Translations under genes and position numbers: made by a program
Shown: positions 57,423 to 59,850 of the stretch, in pieces
Numbering within the stretch: the stretch's first letter is position 1
Layout: every line of letters starts with the position of its first letter
Notes under the pieces: model-generated
Told to the model about the DNA's origin: nothing
Databases searched by the model: none
What the model saw: the letters and a program-made list of their open reading frames with translations, nothing else
From: an uncultured Bacteroidales bacterium
GTDB taxonomy: Bacteria; Bacteroidota; Bacteroidia; Bacteroidales; UBA10428
NCBI GenBank assembly: GCA_964633305.1
Contig: CAZWGG010000001.1
Location: 1 to 59,850, forward strand
Length of the DNA: 59,850 bases
Direction: 5' to 3'

Positions 57423-57854
57423 TTACAATTCATTTTTTTGAATATCATCAAAATCAATTTCAGATAATTCAATATTAAATTCTTTTTCCATCAAATCAAT
57501 TGCAATTTTTTTCTTAAAATCATTCAAACTAATGTCGTTATTTTCTAAAACATCTTCGATAACCATATCTGAAATATTTCTAAAATCAAGTAACAATTTT
57601 AATATCTTATCATTCTTTGAACTAAAATATTTACTAGGTATCTTTCTATTCAAAGATATTTCTTTTATCGAGTTAAATATTTCTTTTAATTGATTAAAAT
57701 GTATTGATTCATTTAAATATTCTAAACTTTGATAATGCATACATGCGTTCTCAATAAGATTATTATATATTTTTTCTTTCATACCGCTTATACGTTCAAT
57801 TGTCTCGTTCACACATTTATCAAAAGCAATTGATAAATAACTATCATTATCCAT
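57423..57854 (-). CDS. hypothetical acidic protein (143 aa)
   Basis: ORF track. Overlaps the upstream gene's stop. Confidence 0.6.
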   Translation of the reverse strand: MDNDSYLSIAFDKCVNETIERISGMKEKIYNNLIENACMHYQSLEYLNESIHFNQLKEIFNSIKEISLNRKIPSKYFSSKNDKILKLLLDFRNISDMVIEDVLENNDISLNDFKKKIAIDLMEKEFNIELSEIDFDDIQKNEL

Positions 57855-59796
57855 TTATATCATCCTTCCTATAATTTTCAATGTTAATGGGTTCTTTATC
57901 TTGATTAACTATTGATTCTCTTTCCTCATCTTCATATTCACTATTTTTTAAATATAATCTGTCTGCAGGTATAATAATTCTTTTTCCGGCTATTCCATCA
58001 ATACGACGTAATCCATATGAAATTAAATTAGTTTCTTGCAGTTCTTTTTTTGCTTCCCAAGTCCATCCACTTCTTTCTAAATAATCTTTTAAAGGTGATA
58101 GGATGAAATAAATTTCTTTTTTAGCTACATCATATTTCCCATAAATAGGAGAGCTTGGACTTTTTACTCTATCAGCTGTACCAAGAAAACAACTTTTATG
58201 TATTTCATAAAAATTGTAAATTTCATCCATCATTTTTATTTTTGGGTCAAGTTCTTCAACAGTTTTTAGACTCTTTAATATTTGAAAAGCAAGCTCGACG
58301 GAGTATTGATAATCAATTTCATTAAAAAAGAACTTTCTATAATAAAAATTACCTGTGCATATTGCAGCAATTGAGTTAATATGGTCAGTTAAATTTTCGT
58401 TTTGATTTACTGATTGAAGTAAATTTCTAATATCTTTATATATATTTCTGATTTCATCATTATCAGTTTCGATTATATGTTGAATGTATTCATCCCCAAG
58501 TAAACCATAATTATTACTTAAAAATGAATAATAATCACTCGCATAAATATGCATCTCAGTTTCATTTTTAATTGATTTATTTCTACAGTCAGCATCAAAA
58601 ATTAAAGCTCTATTGATTTCTCCTGACATATCGTTATCTTTTGATATTGCTAATTCACTGGTACAAAATACAATAGTTCTCCACGACTTAGATTCTTTTA
58701 TCTGACTATTACTATCTAGTCTATGCCGGTCTTTTTCATTTCCGATATCATATGCATTTATTTGTGGAGCATTTTTTCCCTTTTGTATTATTTCATCAAC
58801 ATAACATAGATGATTTTGCATTTTATGTATTTTACTTTTAAGAACATTGACCGTATCAGCTCCAGACATTTCTAATTTTTGATAATCTCCAAAAGCAGCT
58901 AGACCAATTCTTGCCGATAAACTTTTCTGATTTTTTGACTTTCCATAATAATTTAATAAGAAACTTCTAACACCTAATATTTTTAAAAGTGGAGCAGTAA
59001 AAGCAGTTGATACCGCAAAATCAGCGAATGGATTTTCTACATGCTTTTTCATTTTATTTATAAACTTAACTTTATCGCCTTTTGGTTTAAATCCAGATAT
59101 TAAATTTCTAAAATAATTATATCTGTCTTTGCTGTAATCAATATGTAAATCTTTGCTATATGGAGCGAATTGATTAAAATTATCATTCCAGCCTAATGTT
59201 GGAACTGTATTCTTTTTTATAAATTTATTTTGATTTTCTTGAACAAAGTTAAAAAAATAATTAGTATAATCGGCTTTTAATGAGTCATCAACAGGAACAT
59301 CGAGTTTATTAGATAGAAATGTTATGATTAAACTATTTTTGAATAAAACATCTTTGTCACATAATTGAATTTTAGATGTTTTCAAATAAGGTTTTTTCGA
59401 AACAACTTCATATTGATGAATATCATATTCATTTGAATATACATCGGCGACAACAAATAACCATTTTGGACAAATTTTTACATAGTCAATATATTCATTT
59501 TTATTTCTTATTATTATTTTCTTGATATACAATCCATCAGCTTTTAAATAGAAATTATCAGGAACAACAAAGTCATTCATAGTATATTTAATTATTAATT
59601 TTTTTCCGTAATTTAATTCAATTTCTTCTCGTATTTTATTTATTCTTGATGAAGTATTTATTCTTTTTATACTATCTGTTGGTAGAAATTCTGTTATTAA
59701 TTCTAATTCATGACTTAGATATATAATACAGTTTTTTTCTGTTAAAAAAACTTTATATTCCTCTTCGTCAATCTTAAATAATTCAGAAGAAATCAT
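57847..59796 (-). CDS. DUF927-like / SF3-helicase-like replication initiator protein
   Basis: 649 aa. YGKSKNQKSLSARIGLAAFGD (degenerate Walker A region) and LCYVDEI (Walker B-like). Faces the iteron region if the molecule is circular. Confidence 0.5.
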   Translation of the reverse strand: MISSELFKIDEEEYKVFLTEKNCIIYLSHELELITEFLPTDSIKRINTSSRINKIREEIELNYGKKLIIKYTMNDFVVPDNFYLKADGLYIKKIIIRNKNEYIDYVKICPKWLFVVADVYSNEYDIHQYEVVSKKPYLKTSKIQLCDKDVLFKNSLIITFLSNKLDVPVDDSLKADYTNYFFNFVQENQNKFIKKNTVPTLGWNDNFNQFAPYSKDLHIDYSKDRYNYFRNLISGFKPKGDKVKFINKMKKHVENPFADFAVSTAFTAPLLKILGVRSFLLNYYGKSKNQKSLSARIGLAAFGDYQKLEMSGADTVNVLKSKIHKMQNHLCYVDEIIQKGKNAPQINAYDIGNEKDRHRLDSNSQIKESKSWRTIVFCTSELAISKDNDMSGEINRALIFDADCRNKSIKNETEMHIYASDYYSFLSNNYGLLGDEYIQHIIETDNDEIRNIYKDIRNLLQSVNQNENLTDHINSIAAICTGNFYYRKFFFNEIDYQYSVELAFQILKSLKTVEELDPKIKMMDEIYNFYEIHKSCFLGTADRVKSPSSPIYGKYDVAKKEIYFILSPLKDYLERSGWTWEAKKELQETNLISYGLRRIDGIAGKRIIIPADRLYLKNSEYEDEERESIVNQDKEPINIENYRKDDING

Positions 59797-59850
59797 ATAT
59801 TATTCAGTCCTTTCTATTTGTTTAAATTCTGCTCCTGGTATTATTTCTTT

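Overview
Very AT-rich 59,850-bp window. It reads as a near-complete tailed-phage genome (siphovirus-type, possibly a phage-plasmid). The host looks like a low-GC Gram-positive, Clostridia-like organism: GGAGG RBSs, TTG/GTG starts, a BhlA/UviB-like holin and an Amidase_3+SPOR lysin.

Layout:
(i) 1-800: non-coding control/origin-like region with 13 GTTTCA/TGAAAC iterons, (TA)n tracts and nested inverted repeats.
(ii) 0.8-4.6 kb: early genes, each with its own copy of a near-identical promoter-5'UTR cassette and its own terminator.
(iii) 4.7-14.6 kb: HTH, ParB-like, GT-A-like, terS, terL, HAD, ParB-fused DNA methyltransferase, portal, minor head protein.
(iv) 15.6-25.0 kb: a sugar/polyol-phosphate glycopolymer island. 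It holds a PseB stub, a PseC-like aminotransferase, a NeuB-like protein, an FeS protein plus pyruvyl transferase, GT2, a ParB-like+SAM MTase, GT32, a TarI-like cytidylyltransferase, an SDR and a TagF-like transferase. It sits between the head-assembly genes and the capsid genes.
(v) 25-29.3 kb: regulators, two Gam-like paralogues, primase, Nudix.
(vi) 29.5-41.5 kb: scaffold, capsid, connectors, tail tube, G/GT chaperone with a -1 frameshift, tape measure, baseplate/fibre, holin.
(vii) 41.6-43.6 kb: minus-strand operon of RHH, membrane protein and amidase.
(viii) 43.7-52.9 kb: RecT, AbrB-like, RNase H-like, RecD-like helicase, ERCC4 nuclease and many small Zn-ribbon proteins, with shared operators and a structured RNA.
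(ix) 52.9-56.9 kb: membrane-protein island with a processive GT2 synthase and an LPXTG-like mini-ORF.
(x) 57.1-59.8 kb: minus-strand operon ending in a DUF927-like replication protein.

No integrase, rRNA, intact tRNA or CRISPR array was seen. All family assignments come from motif recognition by eye, with no searches run. Coordinates of hand-called small ORFs and hairpins were counted manually.
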